Origin: Trichinella spiralis
Lineage: Eukaryota
Assembly (NCBI RefSeq): GCF_000181795.1
Contig: NW_003526944.1
Coordinates: forward strand, 5,591,861 to 5,655,860
Reading direction: 5' to 3'
Length of the DNA stretch: 64,000 nt
The notes beneath the pieces are model-generated. The model saw nothing but the letters and a program-made list of their open reading frames with translations. It did not search any database and was not told where the DNA came from. This document shows, piece after piece, positions 1-13,642 of the stretch (position 1 is the stretch's first letter; the number at the start of each line of letters is the position of its first letter). Position numbers and translations under genes: made by a program.

Positions 1-399
1 ATTGCCGGCTACATTGTGTCGAGTGCAGAGAAAGATTGCACAGGAAGTGCTTTCCATTGTATCATCGCGTTTCTACTTAACTGTGTTCACCAGCAGCCTA
101 AGTCCATTAGAAATTCTTTTTTCACCAAATATTCTGTTATATTTAAAAATAATGTAAAATTGAATAAAATAAATCGACATTTTAAGACGTTATTGCTCAT
201 TGAATCGCAATGATTACTCGTAAAGCACGTTATTAGAGAGTAATAGTAAACGCGCCAGAGAACATGCCATCGTTACCATATGGGAACCGTCTCAAAAAAC
301 ACTTTATCAAAAAATAATCAAGCTGACTCTTTTGCAGTGCCTTAATGAACGTATTTACAGTTAAATTCATTAATATCAAGCCAGCTGTTACACGGAAAA

Positions 400-810
400 C
401 TAGTTCGGCCTGTAAACGGTTAATTGTTAGTGTATTTTGGTATAGGACAAAAAAGGCTGCGGTGGTGCTATATGGACAAACCTTCATGTGACATCGGTGA
501 CATTGACAAGCAGAATGATCACATCGAAAGCTGCCCGGTGGATGAGCACTTGGCCTACAAAATGGAAAAAAGGCGATTTTGAAAAAGTGGAAGAAACAAA
601 ACCCATCCCGGCCATTTATGATGAGAAGCTTCCGCCTCGTCTGCTTACCCATCCAAATCTGGCCCTTTTCCCCTTTTTAAACGGGTAAAGTTCACGATGT
701 ACAGCCCAATCATCGTCGGGACCTGCAAATCCCTGTCCCGTTCAGAACAACAAAGGCCGGTGATGAATTTTTGTTGTGGCAGAGTGCATCAAGGCATATA
801 CCGGTAGTGC
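400..810 (+). mobile_element. Degenerate Mutator-like (MULE) transposase fragment, N-terminal/linker region
   Basis: Frameshifted pieces translate to GCGGAIWTNLHVTSV..QNDHIESCPVDEHLAYKMEKR..EETKPIPAIYDE and DLQIPVPFRTTKAGDEFLLWQSASRHI. These parallel the second copy at 2917-3310 (GCPGKLYTNLDATQVIRTGEHVEGCRVD..VLEIYDE; QDLRLTAEQKTKKSGAQFLMYHLPTNDI). Boundaries are approximate. Confidence 0.6.
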
Positions 811-1367
811 CGGCTTCAAGGAGGCTAACACCCGTATCAACTTGCGGTACAGGGAGGAAAGCGGTGGCCGGGAGCATTCTTATCTTTTTCTTGTATCTTC
901 GTACTGAAATTCATTATTATTTATTCCCATCATTCGAAAACACATTTCAAACCTACGACACGGAAAATAGCACAAGCTAATGATAAGCATTGAGGAGTGA
1001 AATAAATGAAAAATAGAATTGACGGTTTTGTTCTTTACAAATTAAATATCTTTATTATCCAATTGCATTATTCTATAAAAATATACAAGCAACAAATGAA
1101 CATCCTGAAGAAGAGGTAACTGAACAAAGAGATGTTAAATAAGCGTGTTTATTTAAGTCATTTTTTGTTTTCATAATTTGACACGTAATGACTTTTTACG
1201 ATGGCAACTTGTTTACTAGCTTGACAATGAAGAAAGTTCTGCAGTAATTATGGTGAGCCAGGTCAACAGCATTCAGCACAAAGGATTTTCTGAAATTTCA
1301 CTAGACCAATACACATGTATTGCTGTTAAATATCCCATATGCTAGGCAAAAGCATTTTCAGTTCAAT

Positions 1368-3827
1368 NCTGTGCAATTAGNCTACGGTTACAATCTGAGN
1401 AAATATTTTGCAGGATTCATCCNATATTAATGNNAAAGNTCAGNTGTATAACTGCATTNCAAGCTTCATAAATATTACCACTCTACCCTATAGAAAGCTG
1501 GCATTTTCAGTAATTTCTGAGCACTATGATGNCCATCTAAATGCACAAGNCCACAAAATTCATGCCATGATAAATGGTGGTCTGGAANTTTTTACAATGC
1601 TGCGGATGNTNTCTCNAATGANCNCATNATCTGACCNAAGGNCAGTGAACTCCATAATATTNACGCAATTATTGTTCACTCTCAACAATGAGAATGAAAA
1701 TTTTGGCAGCACATGGAAGACCAATTTATGCTCCTTGGTTGCTGACCAGAGTAATTAACTTTGATCATATTTTGGCAGAGCATATGCTGTGCTAGAGCAA
1801 GATAACGGACACACCCCGTGATGTAGTGAACTTTAAGATGAAAAATAATTTTCTTTGCCTTTCAGTTTTGTTTTGGTAAAATCATTTTCGAAATGGAACG
1901 GATATTTTTTGATCTGGAATGTCTGAACCATAGTAAATACAAAAAATTGCCAANTTCAATATTTGGTCAACTCCAGTAGTCGGCTTTACTTTAGAATATT
2001 GAAAGGAGTAAAATTTAACTACAGTTTACACCAAAAATGGTATACACCACCTAAATCTTTCATTTTTTAAAGGCAAAAAACTTCCCAGGAATTTTTTACT
2101 TTTTTTATTTAAATGAAATATAAGAATCGAAAAACTTAATAAAAGAAATGAAAACAAAACACCCAANNNNNNNNNNTTCCACTTCAATAATTCTTAGCTG
2201 CTCTTCAGAAAAATTTCTGACAAACGGAAAAGCATCATGTGCATAAATCTCATATAATTGCTAGCTAAAACGTAATTTATCTGATGAGAGAAACAACTGT
2301 TGGTTGACATTCTTTGAAACAGTATTTATCAACGCGGATGGATAAAAATAAAGCACTTTGAAAGTGGAAAAGAGAGATGGACAGCACCAAGCAGGAAAGC
2401 TATTAAAGCTGCTTCAAATTCACTCTTCAGTAGACATCGCATACTTTGATGTCAGCATTTGTGCGCCATTTGTGTGTGATTAATAATCTTCTGTCAACAT
2501 CAACAGAAGGCATTGGTGCCACAGAAATATCAATCAAAGTTGATCTTCAATTGTANGATNAAAATGAGNAAATGAAAATTNCAATGTTGTTGCNAAAANG
2601 GTCANNNTAAAACGTAGTTCAAAACCCGNTTAAATTTATTTTNGGGTGGTTTTNCCGTTTAGTTTTNGTGCTTCGTATTTGAGAGTTTTTTACTAANTGG
2701 ANGAAATGATAAAANTACAGTTTGTGTCTACTCAAAAGAACCCAACAAAAAATTTGGTGTACAGAGGAAGGTGTTACCACCTTCAAAGCGGGATGAATNC
2801 GCAATGAACAAAATGTTGGNATATGCGCATAAGTAAATAGAATTGTTTTATTAATAGTACGATTGTTATTATTGTGTAATATCNCGNNCTTGCAATTTTT
2901 GTTTCCAATTTAGGGAATGAGAGGTTGTCCTGGCAAGCTCTATACTAACCTTGATGCCACCCAAGTCATAAGAACCGGTGAACATGTAGAGGGCTGCCGA
3001 GTAGATGCCCACGCATTCTACCATCATCAGCAGCTAAATGAATTGAAAAGGCTGGCTGCAGGGGATCCGAGGACGGTATTAGAAATTTATGATGAGCTAG
3101 CAAGCAAATGCCTCCATCAGCCTGGAAACTGCCGTGCATTTTCCAACGTGGGAGCAGGCCCGGAACACAATGTACTGCAGCCGTTCGAAGAAATACCTTC
3201 GACTTCCGGCCAGGCGGCAGGATCTGCGGCTCACTGCCGAGCAGAAGACAAAGAAATCCGGTGCGCAATTTTTAATGTACCATTTGCCGACCAATGATAT
3301 ATTCATTTTTGCCAGTGAGGCTGGCTCAGAGTAACTGCTGGTGCGGGGATGGGACGTTTAAGATTGTCCCCTGCTGGTACCAGCAGTTGTTTACCCTTCA
3401 TGTGTTCCTAAGGGGTAAACTGCTACCTGTCGTATATTGTTTGACTGTTAGGAAAGAACTTCCCACGTATAGCCGAATATCGGATAATGCCATTAGCATT
3501 TTTGTCGGTGCACCTTGTACCCGCGGGTTTTGAAATCATAAATGTTGGGACGTCGGGTCAATTGGAAGCCTTGTTCCGGTATTTCCAGCAAGAGTAGCTT
3601 CCGGCCACTAAAATTCCGCTTTGGAACGTTCATGGTGTGGCAGTGCGGACCAACAACCATCTGGAAGGTTGGCACAGCCACATGAACAAAAGAGCACGAA
3701 AAGCACCACGTGGGGTTTTATCAGTTTTTACAACTGATCCTTTGATGAACAGGATGAGACTGAGACGGTGGTGCGGCAAATAGATGATGGCGGTTTTGGT
3801 AACTACTCGGTCCCGCTNNNNNNNNNN
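1368..3827. other. Low-quality draft sequence with scattered Ns and two 10-N gaps (2167-2176, 3818-3827)
   Basis: N bases are directly visible. Contiguity across the gaps is not guaranteed. Confidence 0.95.
2917..3817 (+). mobile_element. Mutator-like (MULE) DDE transposase pseudogene with internal deletion and frameshifts
   Basis: Contains WCGDGTFKIVPCWYQQLFTLHVFLRGKLLPVVYCL (MULE DGTF first catalytic Asp) and WNVHGVAVRTNNHLEGWH (RTNNxxEGWH catalytic Glu). The region with the second Asp is missing, and there are several frameshifts and stops. It runs into an N gap. Confidence 0.85.
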
Positions 3828-4447
3828 CTTACTTATCACGCATGCTTTCTTTTTTCCAAATGATTTGTGACCCCGCACTGGTTTGTTTGATGCACGCATA
3901 TGGAGAGAGAAAAGTTGTAGATTCAATCCGCTGAGCATTGCATGCATATTCGCGACTTTGAATTACGTGTTGTAATTAGATTTGGTTAATCTATCGGAGA
4001 ACATTTTCATTGCCAAATATATTGTGCACCAGTACGCAGAAGGATTGATGGTCAGATAAACCATCTTGTTTTAAGAACGTTGAGTTTTTGCGGGACCGAG
4101 TAAAACCACCCCGCAGTCTGCTGATTAGCACAGATGTGAAGAAATAAAATTCCAAACGCATGTTATTATGTGAACAATGAAATGTAAAACTGAAGAATCA
4201 TTAATGTTATTGACAAAGATGACCACTTATTTAAAGCCATATTCAAATATTGCCAGACATCTTTTTAAATGTTGTCTTAACAATATACACAAAGAATGTG
4301 CAAATGTAAAGTAGCTAAACATTAGTTTGAAGCATATTAACTGTGTTGTTGTTGTAATTCCTTTAACGCAATAAAAGATAGCTAACAACATATATTAAAA
4401 AGCTGTGTTTTAAAAAATAGTAAATTGTTGTTGTTTAGCAGCATTTT

Positions 4448-4875
4448 AAATGCGATAAACTGATTTAAGCTAATAAAGATCTTAAAGAAATACAAAGCAT
4501 AGCAGAAGTCTTCGAAGGAAAATCCAATGCGCAACTTATTGGCATGAATATTGAGTCTGCGGTTTGCTTCAAATATGCACCAGTGACCTCAGCTGAGGTA
4601 GAAAGAAGCTTTTTGCAGTTAAAGTATATTCTTTCGGACAGACGACATAGCTTAACACCAGATAACTTGAAAAAAAATGCTTGTAATTATGTGCAACCAG
4701 ACAAGATAAACCGTATCACGTAATATATGTACCATTTTCACCATATTTAGGCAATACAAATATTTGCCTTTTTTTAAAATAAATGCCTTTTTTACTGCTT
4801 TTTTTGTAATTTTGTTTTGCCTTTTTTCCTGCCTATTTCAGAGTTTTTTAGTGCCTAAAAATCCTCCGGGCTCTA
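4448..4875 (+). mobile_element. 3' end of a hAT-superfamily DNA transposon (transposase C-terminus plus probable right terminus)
   Basis: Translates to ..AVCFKYAPVTSAEVERSFLQLKYILSDRRHSLTPDNLKK/MLVIMCN, matching the hAT dimerization motif (P.TS..VERSFS...I..DRR..L). It has an in-frame stop and a poly-A frameshift. It is followed by GCCT-TTT subterminal repeats and ends ..CCGGGCTCTA (4875), a TAG-type hAT terminus. No left end was found. Confidence 0.75.
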
Positions 4876-5464
4876 GTAATGATTAAATTTTTCCGAAACA
4901 TGACTGGAATGTCTGACTTTTGACAGATTAAGGCAGAGTGGAGTGAAACTCCAATTTACGGTAATTTGAATTCTAATCGTGTGTTCAGGTTGGATTTTTG
5001 TTCGTGCACAAATCATTTACCAAAAAAAATAGCCTTTGAACCGTTTTAAAGTTGTATGGAAATTAGTAAATAGCTGCATTTCAATAATCGCAAACATAAA
5101 CTGTATGTTAACAATCAAAAATCAAAATAATGCAAAACTTATTGACATAACAATGGAAAAATATACATTTAAGCGCAGTGTTGAAATGAACATGAACACA
5201 GACAGATACGTGAGGAGGCAAAAAATTTACATAAAAGATAAAAAGATACATAAGATAAAAACTAACTAGCCAACGATTTCCCATTTTACTTACACGACGA
5301 ACATTATCATTGATATTATTATGATTACCAGGATTCATTCTAATTGAAACGGATCATTAGTGCTTTTCCGTAGTGCAACAGGCGACAACAATTAAGCAAT
5401 AATTTCATATCACGAAGCGGACTGATAACTTTTGATTTCAATACATATAAACGATGGTGCTTTT

Positions 5465-8400
5465 TCAACCATTGATCACAATTTTTTTGAATTTGCCTTG
5501 CTTTGTTGGAATTTTGTCAGCTGACAAGGACCAAAGTTGTAAATTGGTTCCCTCACTCAAACATCTCGAATAAGTCATCACCGCACTGTTGGCACTGCTG
5601 CAACAAAACAGTAATCAGTATGCAGGACGCGCATAAAATTTCCAAAATATAAAACCCTAACCTGCGGATGTGGATCAGATGAACAGCGCAGTTTTCGTAC
5701 AATTTTGCTTTGAACAATAATAGCGGTTTTGAAAAGTTACCCAAAGTTACCTGACTCAAAACGGACAAACAGCTTCCGGTATTTGGGGTATTGCGTTGTT
5801 TCAACGATTCCAAACTGGAGGACAAGGCCAAATAGCTGGGCTTGTTCAGCCGATCTCCGGCTATTTGCAACAACGAACGAGTATGCGTGGGCAAAGTGAT
5901 GGCGGTTGTGGTCGATTCGTCCAACGTCAATTTCCATTCATCGCTCAAATTGTTGTCTTTGCCAATACACGTCGGTGGAGAAGAAGCAGCTACTTCTTTT
6001 GCTGCGCAAAGAGTCGGCATGTTGATGCTGTTGTTGTCTTTGCCGGTATGGTTCGTTGTTGTAATCGTCTGCAAACGTGAGGAAGCAGAGGAAGCAAAAG
6101 AAGAAGAAGATGATGATGATGCAAAATATACGGGATGCTTTTCTTTCACTTTTGGCAACATCGGAACCGTACGATCAAAGTGCATTCGTCGCCTTCTGCT
6201 CAGCTGACCACAGTCGTGCTGTTCAGTGATGCGCTTCAGTGCCCACTGGCGTCGATCCAAACTGCCGAAATATTTCCAATCGCAGCCGCCGATTATTTCT
6301 TGCCGCTGCTCATTTTGCAACTGCTCCCAGTCATTTCCACTTATACAAGGATCTGAACTCAGCTGATGGGCAACGCCTTCGCAATATCCCGAATCACGAT
6401 GAATCAACATTGCTCTGTAGTCGTCCTGTGGACTGTAGCAAAAAATCAAACCCTGATTAAAGCAACTGTCGCACGAACGAAACCGGTACAGCTGATCAGC
6501 GGGATGATCGTGCTCTTCAAGCTTGTAAACCAGCAACAAGCCGACTCTGGTTCCAATCCACAACGTGTCCTCAACGCAGCACATGCTACTGACAAACTGC
6601 GCATTTGGCTGAAGCGAAAATTCGATCATTGTCAATTTTCCTCTCAACAACTGGTCCGCCTACCTCGCTGGCGTATTCTTCAACTTGAAATGACAAAATG
6701 CGAGTAAAAAATCTCGGATCCCACAATTCGACCGTATTCGAGTATTCTTGATAAATCCAAATGCCGAATCGCGACAATTCCATTCGAGCAATTCGACCCA
6801 AACTTGTAGTCGAACTTGCCGATTTCACTTGTTCAACTTTGTCCAAAGTACTGAAAATTAAAAAACAATCAACAAACAAACAAACAAAAATTGTCCATCC
6901 TGAAATTATTACCCAGCATCGTAAACAACAATCTGATCGCCCAATGCCAACCAAAGGTGATTGTCTACAAGAAGCAGACGATGAATCGGCGATGCATCAG
7001 AAATGCGAATATAAAAATGGTTCAAAAAATCTGCGCAATCAGTCGTATCTCCGGAATTCTGAAATGGAATTTCAAAAGAAAAAAATTCACTCATTTCATT
7101 TCAGTTCACTTGAATGAACGCCAATGATCCATTCGACAATGCCGCGTAAATTGTACCGCCTCTGGCGACCATATCCAAGATCACATCTTGAATTGTAATT
7201 TCCCAAAGCGTCTGCCTGAACATCATTTGTCAACATGCTATACTGTAAATCTTTTCCAAAGAAGAAAAAAAAACAAAGATTGGAATATTTTCCCATTTCA
7301 CTGACCACGATTGGAAATTTTTGTTCAACCGAAAAGCGAATAAACTAGCCGATAGGGTGGAGGCGAAAAAAATGTCACCATTCGATGTTGTCATGCAGAG
7401 AATTCTGTCGGCAACCTGCAAACGACAGAGATATTCTAACAAAGAATTTATTGTGCTTTGGAACATGTCAAGAAAAGAATGACAAACTTTGCCGGGTAAA
7501 ATGGAAAACTGACAAATTCTGCTGTTGATCAGACCAAATTGACTGTTTTCATTGCAACCGAAACTGATCAGAATTGTCTCTTAAAATGAGTAGTTGAAAA
7601 TCAAACAAGCGCATAAATAAAGAAAAACGACACAGCAGTTATATATACACAGAGTAATATTACCCGTATTCGGGATGCTAACACTAGCCAATACGTGATG
7701 GCATTGCAAGAGGTTGCACTTTTCCATGTTCTTCTGTCGCATTGCTTCGATTCTCAGCTTGTACAAACGGAACGTCTGCTGCTTCACCGACATCACGTGA
7801 TGCAAGTGACATCTCAGCAGCTCTTTTCGCTTTGGAAACGGCTTCAACGTCTGATACGCAACCTTGAACATCACGCCGTTCAATCATTTGGAATGAATAT
7901 AATAATTGAAATTAAAATTAAAATATTCCAAACTGAACCTTGGTCAAAGTTTCCACGTCGTACGTGTTGCGTACTGTCGATTTTAAAAATCGAATCAACG
8001 ACAAGCTGTCCTTCTGGGCAACGATTTCTTTGCGGTGCAAGTAGAACAACGCCACCGCAAAACGATAAATCACCTTTTGCCCTTCGAGTAGAAAACAATC
8101 CCAAACTCTGAGCATCACCTGAAATCCCAATTTTCAAAAATTAAAATAAAAAGCTAATAATAATAATAACCAACATCGAATGGCAATGCGTCGTAAAATA
8201 AAGCGATAAACCAATTCAATGTGACAACAGAGATGTCGAAATCGCACAAATCAAAATGTGCACTCAGTGATGGCAACTTTTGTCTCAGTATGTCGCGAAG
8301 TACAGCCTGAGCGGCTCGAACACCGACAAGCAGAGAATCGTAATGATCTTTGGGAAAATAGCATTCGGTCAGTGCAATCAAAAACCTATGCATAGGAAGA

Positions 8401-11400
8401 AAAGGGAGAAAAAAGCAAAAATCACTCTTTCGACAGAATCCAACGTTTACCAAAATGAATCTTCAGGAGAAAAGAACAGCAACGATGTAGCGACAACGAA
8501 GTTCATTCCTTGGCAATAGCCCAATTTTGGATTGTGAATACAAAACGCCGACAACACTCGTTGCATTTGCACCACCTAGTGGAATAGAGTACAGTATGCC
8601 AACAAAACAATAATGGAATATGAAAATATATACCCCTTTTGAGTTGGCAGAGCTGAAGTATACATTGTTCGGCAATGTTCTGAGCAAATCCAATCCAATC
8701 TGACGTCGATTATGATCATGTCGCTTAATAAATTCTTGCAATAAAATTTGCAAAGGAAAAAAATAAACTGCACACACACACACATATATATATATATATA
8801 CTTCGCTTGTTTCTGTTGTATCTATAATACAACTTAATCTGCGAAAATAATGCAGACCGTATTTTTCTTTCAGCTTGTCAGTTTTGCTGCTCAACAGTAT
8901 CGACCAGACAATGCTGCGATATTTGTGCGGCACGCCGTTTCGGATCACGCAGCGCAAATCTTGCTGCAAATGCAGACAAAATTTCAGCACACCAATTAAA
9001 ACCCTCTGCTTGTTTAAAATAGCATTATTACAGTATGCAAAGAACCATTTTCATTAAATACGGCGATCAATTTCTTCCAAACGAACTCATCATTTTTCTG
9101 TGACCAAGTTGTATAATGGTGTTGCAAACAACTGGCGACATAAATTGCCGCCATTTGTTCGTCGTTTGTCCTATGCTGAAAACCATATCTGTCCGTGAAG
9201 CCACGGCTGGACATTATTCTGCAAATGGGGAAATAAAATGAAAAAAAGCAAAATGGTACTACACTTACTGTTCCATAGTTGCTACCGAAGGATCTTGATG
9301 TTTTGCTTCATTGGCAAGCTTTTCAATTCTTTCATATTCCTGTGAAAATAAAATTTATGACTAAATTATTATTATTATCATCATAATTAATAAGCTAACC
9401 GTTTCATCTGGTGGAATGGGGAAACTGATTTCAGAAAAACTGCTCATATCGTCCGTGTGAACACGGACACTGCTCAACAGACAACGCACGTATGCTTTCT
9501 TGTAGTCGAACAATTCTTCAGTAAATTTGCGTAAAACCCTGAACAAAATATGCAATATATCAACAAAAGAATTGAGAGAGAGAGGGAAAAAAATGATAAT
9601 AATAATAATAATAAAAGATGAAATTCAATATTGATTAAAAAACACAACACAGACCGACAGTGTACTTTTATTTGGTGATCTTTCTTTTGCAAATGCTTGC
9701 GAAGTCGGCCGGAGGATTTTTTCCTATGATGAGGCAATTTCACCTGATCAATAAAACAATTCTCCAATTCAGCATGGAAATTACTATTAAAAATTAAACA
9801 AAAATTAAATAAGAAAAAAAAGAACAAATAAAATCTGACTACTGATTTGGATCTTTTTCAAGTTTGCTGATCACTTGCAAAAGCAACGAAACTACTTCAA
9901 AGCAGCCTTCGTGCGCTTCTTCAACCACCAGGTTTTTCAATACATCAACAACAGATGTGCTTAAGAAAAAATACATTTAAATAAAATTTAAAAAATTTCC
10001 TGTACAAAATTATACAAGAACAACAACAATAAAAAAATTAATATATAATCAAAATATAAAAAAAAAACAGACTGCACAAACAACACAGTATCAATGATGT
10101 TGGTGGAAAGCAGAAAGCAATAAAAGCAACTGACGTGTTGTTGTATGCAGAATGGATACGTGAGTTGGCACTTCCTGTCGATTTGCAAATGGACCCGTTT
10201 GACAATTTCACCTTTTGAAAACTCTGCAACAATTTTTCCATCCTTTCACCGGCTAAATAATAATAATAATAAATGAAACAACGCGACATTAGTTTAAAAT
10301 TTTCACATTTCAAAAATTTAATTAATATCCATAAAAAGAAAATCTGAATTAGCATAAATTTGTCAATTCTTCCGACATTTATCATTTGCGATCAAAATTA
10401 TCAATTATGGGAATTCTTCCAAAAAAAAAAGAAACAAATAATTTAAATAAAAAGAAAAATTAATTTTTTCAACGATTATTATACAGAATTGGACAGATGT
10501 TTCAAATGATGATGATGATGATTGAAAATAAAAATTTCAGAGAAAATGAAAATATAATTAAAACAGACCGAAGAACGAACAAAACAATAATACTCAACTA
10601 TGCTTTTGGTAGAATAAAATTGCATTAGATTGCCATTTTTTATATAAGCTAAAATTTGATAAACAAACAGATGAAAAAAAATGAAAGATTCAAAAATAAA
10701 AAAATGATTATTAAAATTGGCCAATAGATTTTCTGATAAATTTCCAGACTACGCACGCTTTCATAAAGCAAAAGCAAATAAAGACAAAAAAAATCGAATC
10801 GAAAAAACGAACAGCAGAATGCAATTAAAATTCTGGTGGAATTTATTGCTAACAAAGACAACAATGAAATGCTCTACAAATTGATCAACAAATACCACTG
10901 TTAGACTATATTATTAAAAAATAAGAAAAAAAACAAATCTGCATGAAATGCTTCCGTTCTAAAGTTCAATAAATAATAAGACAACAATTGCAAGCATCAA
11001 TGTCAGCTATACAATTATCTATCAAATCAATGGAATATATAATTTCAACTACAATTATTCCACATTGTGGAATAAAACCTTTTTTTTACAGTATCCCTTT
11101 TTTGCAGTTACATTGCAACAGTTTCAAACATCAGCACGAGTAACAGAAGTAATAATAATAATATAATTCAGAGTTATAAAATTATTATTTTTTTTAATGT
11201 CAAATATGAACAATTTACAAAAGGAACGTTCATTATGTGCATTACAGTTTATACTTGCATAACAGAATTGGCGTGTAAACAAAAACAGCAACCCATACAT
11301 TATCCATGCACAAATTGAACTGCATTGAAATGCATTAACCAGCTAATTCAATTGAAAAGCAAAACAGAAGAGAATATACAAAATAATAATAATTTCAATT

Positions 11401-11527
11401 TTATTAAACCAAATTAAACTGATTAATTGCACTGATTGATGATTTATTTTTAGAAAAAAAAATTAACTCTTGGTTTCAGCTCGTCATGCTACACGCTCAC
11501 AAAGAACAAACAAGCAGTCAGTTAATG

Positions 11528-11576
<49 letters not shown>

Positions 11577-12521
11577 TGTGTGTGTGCATATAAATATTCT
11601 GTCAAAATTTTGGCAGGTTATTTTCAGTGTTCATTACTATTATTATTATTATTATTATTATTAATTTTCATCAATTAACTAACTCACTCATCATTCTTGT
11701 TGTTTGACAATTTCTGCAAAAGTGTTCAAAATTCGAATCGAAATCCAAACTGGACGCTGCTTTCTAAAATCCATTGAGAATTGATTAATAATTAATTGAA
11801 TTAATAAACAAATTTTCTGACCATTCCACTAGCAGGAAAACTGTACAAGCGGCGAACATTTCTGGACAACTGGACGCAACTGTGGCTCTGCTTCATCGAC
11901 TGGGCCCGTGCACTACCGTTCAATTTTGCAAACACGCCGAGGTCGTGTTTCTGCAAACAACAATCGAATTTGCATTTATTGCATAATATCAAAAAGCATA
12001 ATAACAAAATTACATAAATGCCTTGCAGCATAAAACACCAGGCTAACATTTCAGCTTTTGTCTCAGCGGTGAGTTCATATCTGGCACCACTGGAGTCTCT
12101 GCCAATAGTAATTCATTAATTAATAATAACAACAATAATAATCGTTGCTTTTTAATTTTTTGCCAATAATGTTTAATAATTGTAATACTTCAAACAAAGA
12201 GTTGTCGGCTGACTTTCACAGGCTGGCAATGCACTGCCATCGTTGATGATCACTCCAAGAGGCTGGACACGTTTAAGCCATTCCAATCTGCTGTTGTAAT
12301 ACAGAAGACATTCTTGCTCTTCGTCATAAACGAAAAAATACCGTCTACGAGGTAACAATCGTTTAAGAACTAAAAGACGAAATGAAATAATTATAAAATG
12401 ATAAAATGATTTAAAAAAATTAATTACCAGATGTAACATTTTTAACCAAAAGATATCCATTGAGAAAATTTTTAGAATGAAATTGAGGTAACTGAAGACC
12501 GGATTGTTGTTTTTGCTCCAT
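5465..12521 (-). CDS. tbc-2: TBC1D2/TBC-2 family Rab GTPase-activating protein (PH domain, TBC domain, C-terminal beta-propeller-like region); multi-exon
   Basis: ATG at 12521 (MEQKQQSG..NGYLLVKNVTS|VLKRLLPRRRYFFVYDEEQECLLYY, a PH domain). Also GFTDRYGF, TBC motifs IRNGVPHKYRSIVW, QIGLDLLRTLP, IGYCQGMNF and LRVWDCFLLEGQKVIYRFAVALF, and C-terminal VSSMCCVEDTLWIGTRVGLLLVY. GT-AG introns restore the frame (e.g. a 55-nt intron at 6609-6663). The predicted stop is TGA at 5465-5467. Some internal boundaries are uncertain. Confidence 0.88.
11532..11663. repeat. (TA)n and (TAT)n microsatellites in the long tbc-2 intron
   Basis: A TA run (~11532-11576) and a TAT run (~11633-11663) are directly visible. 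Confidence 0.9.
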
Positions 12522-13642
12522 ATATTTATTACTATTATAATAATTATTATTATTATTACTGCTATTATTATTTCAATATATTCGGTAATAATAGTCTCTG
12601 TTACGTTGAATCCTTCTTTTTGTCCGCAATATTCTTCTTTCAAACGCAGCAGCAGCAGCACAATCAAATTCTAGCTTCTACTGAAATCTGTCTAGCCAAT
12701 GTTGATCACTGCAAGCACAAGTAAACACTGACAGCTTCCAAGCACTCGTGGGCGTTATCATCGAGCTTATCAGACAGAGATATAATGCAAAATAAATAAA
12801 ACCACCATTTCACAATATATACATATATATATACTCACATATGCACATACATGCATAAAACTGCAACTAAATCAAATTGTTCAATATGCATAAAAACAAT
12901 TACTGTTTCAATAAAAAAAATGACAACAGCATAGATGCATATATTATTTTTAAAGAAATAAAAACGGAAGTAATAATGTATTTTTTTAAAAACTGATTAA
13001 TAATAAAAATTAAGCAAATATACGCATCCGTCCAGAGATACAATTTCAAAATAGCTGACTACAGTTTCACTTAAACAATGACAATGCAACAGAAGCGTAT
13101 TTTTTCACTTCCAATGCAACGAACATATCTGCATAAATAGCAACTTGAATTTGAAAAATAAATCAATACTGAACAATGAACAAAAATGCAAAATCACAAA
13201 TCACTGCTGCCAAAAGCGGGCATTGTTCAATATTTGTAGAATGAAAATTTTAAAGCAAATAACAAATTAATATTTATTTCTTACCTTTGCAAAAGAAGTC
13301 TAGGAAAAAAAATCTAAAAATAAATACCAAAACAACAACAAATACATTTGATTATTAAAAAAATTTTTTGTATTCCAATAATTTAATAATGGTGAATTAA
13401 AAGTACAACTATTAAATAAAAGCAAGTCTTTAATCGATCAGTATATCGAACAAAGTAGAAAAAAGAATCTTTCCTGCAAATCAACAGATTAATTTTTTAT
13501 AAACAAATTTTCAATAATTTTTCCATAAAGCCCAAAACCAAAATTCAGCTGCTCCATTTAAATTTTGTACCATTAATATCAAAAACAAAAACAACAACAA
13601 CAACAATAACAGCAATAATAATAATAATGATTATTATTATTA

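Noticed and set aside
6586..6954. Apparent frameshift between overlapping ORFs in tbc-2
   Set aside because: Resolved by a normal 55-nt GT-AG intron (6663-6609).
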